From assembly GCA_965214775.1 (NCBI GenBank), contig OZ243974.1:960001-1024000 (forward strand): a DNA stretch of 64,000 bases. The letters are read 5' to 3'. This document shows positions 63,313 to 64,000 of the stretch, piece after piece (within the stretch, counting starts at the first letter, position 1; each line of letters begins with the position of its first letter). Below the pieces are notes generated by a model. It did not search any database and was not told where the DNA came from. It saw nothing but the letters and a program-made list of their open reading frames with translations. Source of the DNA: Nitrosopumilus sp. GTDB taxonomy: Archaea > Thermoproteota > Nitrososphaeria > Nitrososphaerales > Nitrosopumilaceae. The position numbers and the translations under genes are program-made.

Positions 63313-63999
63313 TTATTTTGGAAACACCCTGTAACCGCATCCTATTGTATTTCCAGAACTGTCAGTTTGAAACTTCCCATAAATCAGATTCCAATATCTT
63401 TCGAATTCATCCGGTGTTGAATGATGACGAAATGATGCGTATGCGACTGCATCTGCAATTTGAATTCCTTCAACTCCAGATGAATCAACAAAAACAGGGG
63501 GTTCTGCTTGCACTTTTCTTTGGTAGTCTGTTCCCAGTTCTCTTATATCTTTGATTACATCGGTAATATCTCTATGAAACCTGTTTGAACTCTTGTCAAT
63601 TTTTATGGTTCCGTTATTATTTTCACCCGATCTTTCTTCTAGGAGTTTGTCGAATCTTTCAATTAAAAACGCCCATGCAATAGTGAATGGTTTCCAAGAT
63701 GGGTGTTGGTGTCTTAGTGATCCTTTGTCAATTACCACGGAAACGGTGATGACATCCAAGTTAGATATGACATGATACAATTCATCTAACATGATTCGCT
63801 TTTTTGAAAGACTCAAGCTGGCAAAATCGCCTTTGCCCTTAAGGATGTCATGTGTATGAATTTCTGCATCTACATACTGATCGGTAAAATGTTTTAGTTT
63901 GTAATCATACGTAGATCTTTTGAGATCGTTGGCTTTGTCTTCCTCGACAATCACTCCTGATAAAACGAAGAAATTTGTATGATCGCTATGTCTCACGGA
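63313..63999 (-). CDS. DUF3800-like protein, 5' end outside window
   Basis: FVLSGVIV, EIH, FVDS...GIQIADAVAY. Confidence 0.8.
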   Translation of the reverse strand, partial: SVRHSDHTNFFVLSGVIVEEDKANDLKRSTYDYKLKHFTDQYVDAEIHTHDILKGKGDFASLSLSKKRIMLDELYHVISNLDVITVSVVIDKGSLRHQHPSWKPFTIAWAFLIERFDKLLEERSGENNNGTIKIDKSSNRFHRDITDVIKDIRELGTDYQRKVQAEPPVFVDSSGVEGIQIADAVAYASFRHHSTPDEFERYWNLIYGKFQTDSSGNTIGCGYRVFPK

Positions 64000-64000
64000 A

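Overview
Archaeal DNA, most likely an ammonia-oxidising Nitrosopumilaceae (Thaumarchaeota) chromosome, judged from the TyrRS, PCNA, TFS, RpoL, GlnA, Prs and RNase Z sequences. The AT-rich core is interrupted by a visibly GC-richer urea-utilisation region (about 8-30 kb). It holds ureABC, ureEFGD, two DUR3-type transporters (one fused to a USP domain), a USP, an Lrp regulator and an orphan ParB. A 9-kb decayed defence-like island separates ureA from ureE. Removing an IS and one base of a homopolymer there restores a single 431-aa PIN-nuclease + SRA-domain gene. The island also carries a YwgA-like/HD-hydrolase pair broken by an 81-bp MITE insertion. The window is full of mobile DNA: IS5/ISL2-like (x3), IS630, IS66, IS481 and IS6-like elements, plus at least seven families of 80-140-bp MITEs, many nested with readable target-site duplications (TSDs). 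Other oddities are an atypical CAG-anticodon tRNA with G73 and a very long variable arm, a repeat-spacer-repeat unit (35/38/35 bp) with no cas genes, a uS10-like/class III cyclase pair, an NDT-like cassette, and two small paralogous ORFs missed by the ORF track. All family assignments are from motifs read by eye; no searches were run.
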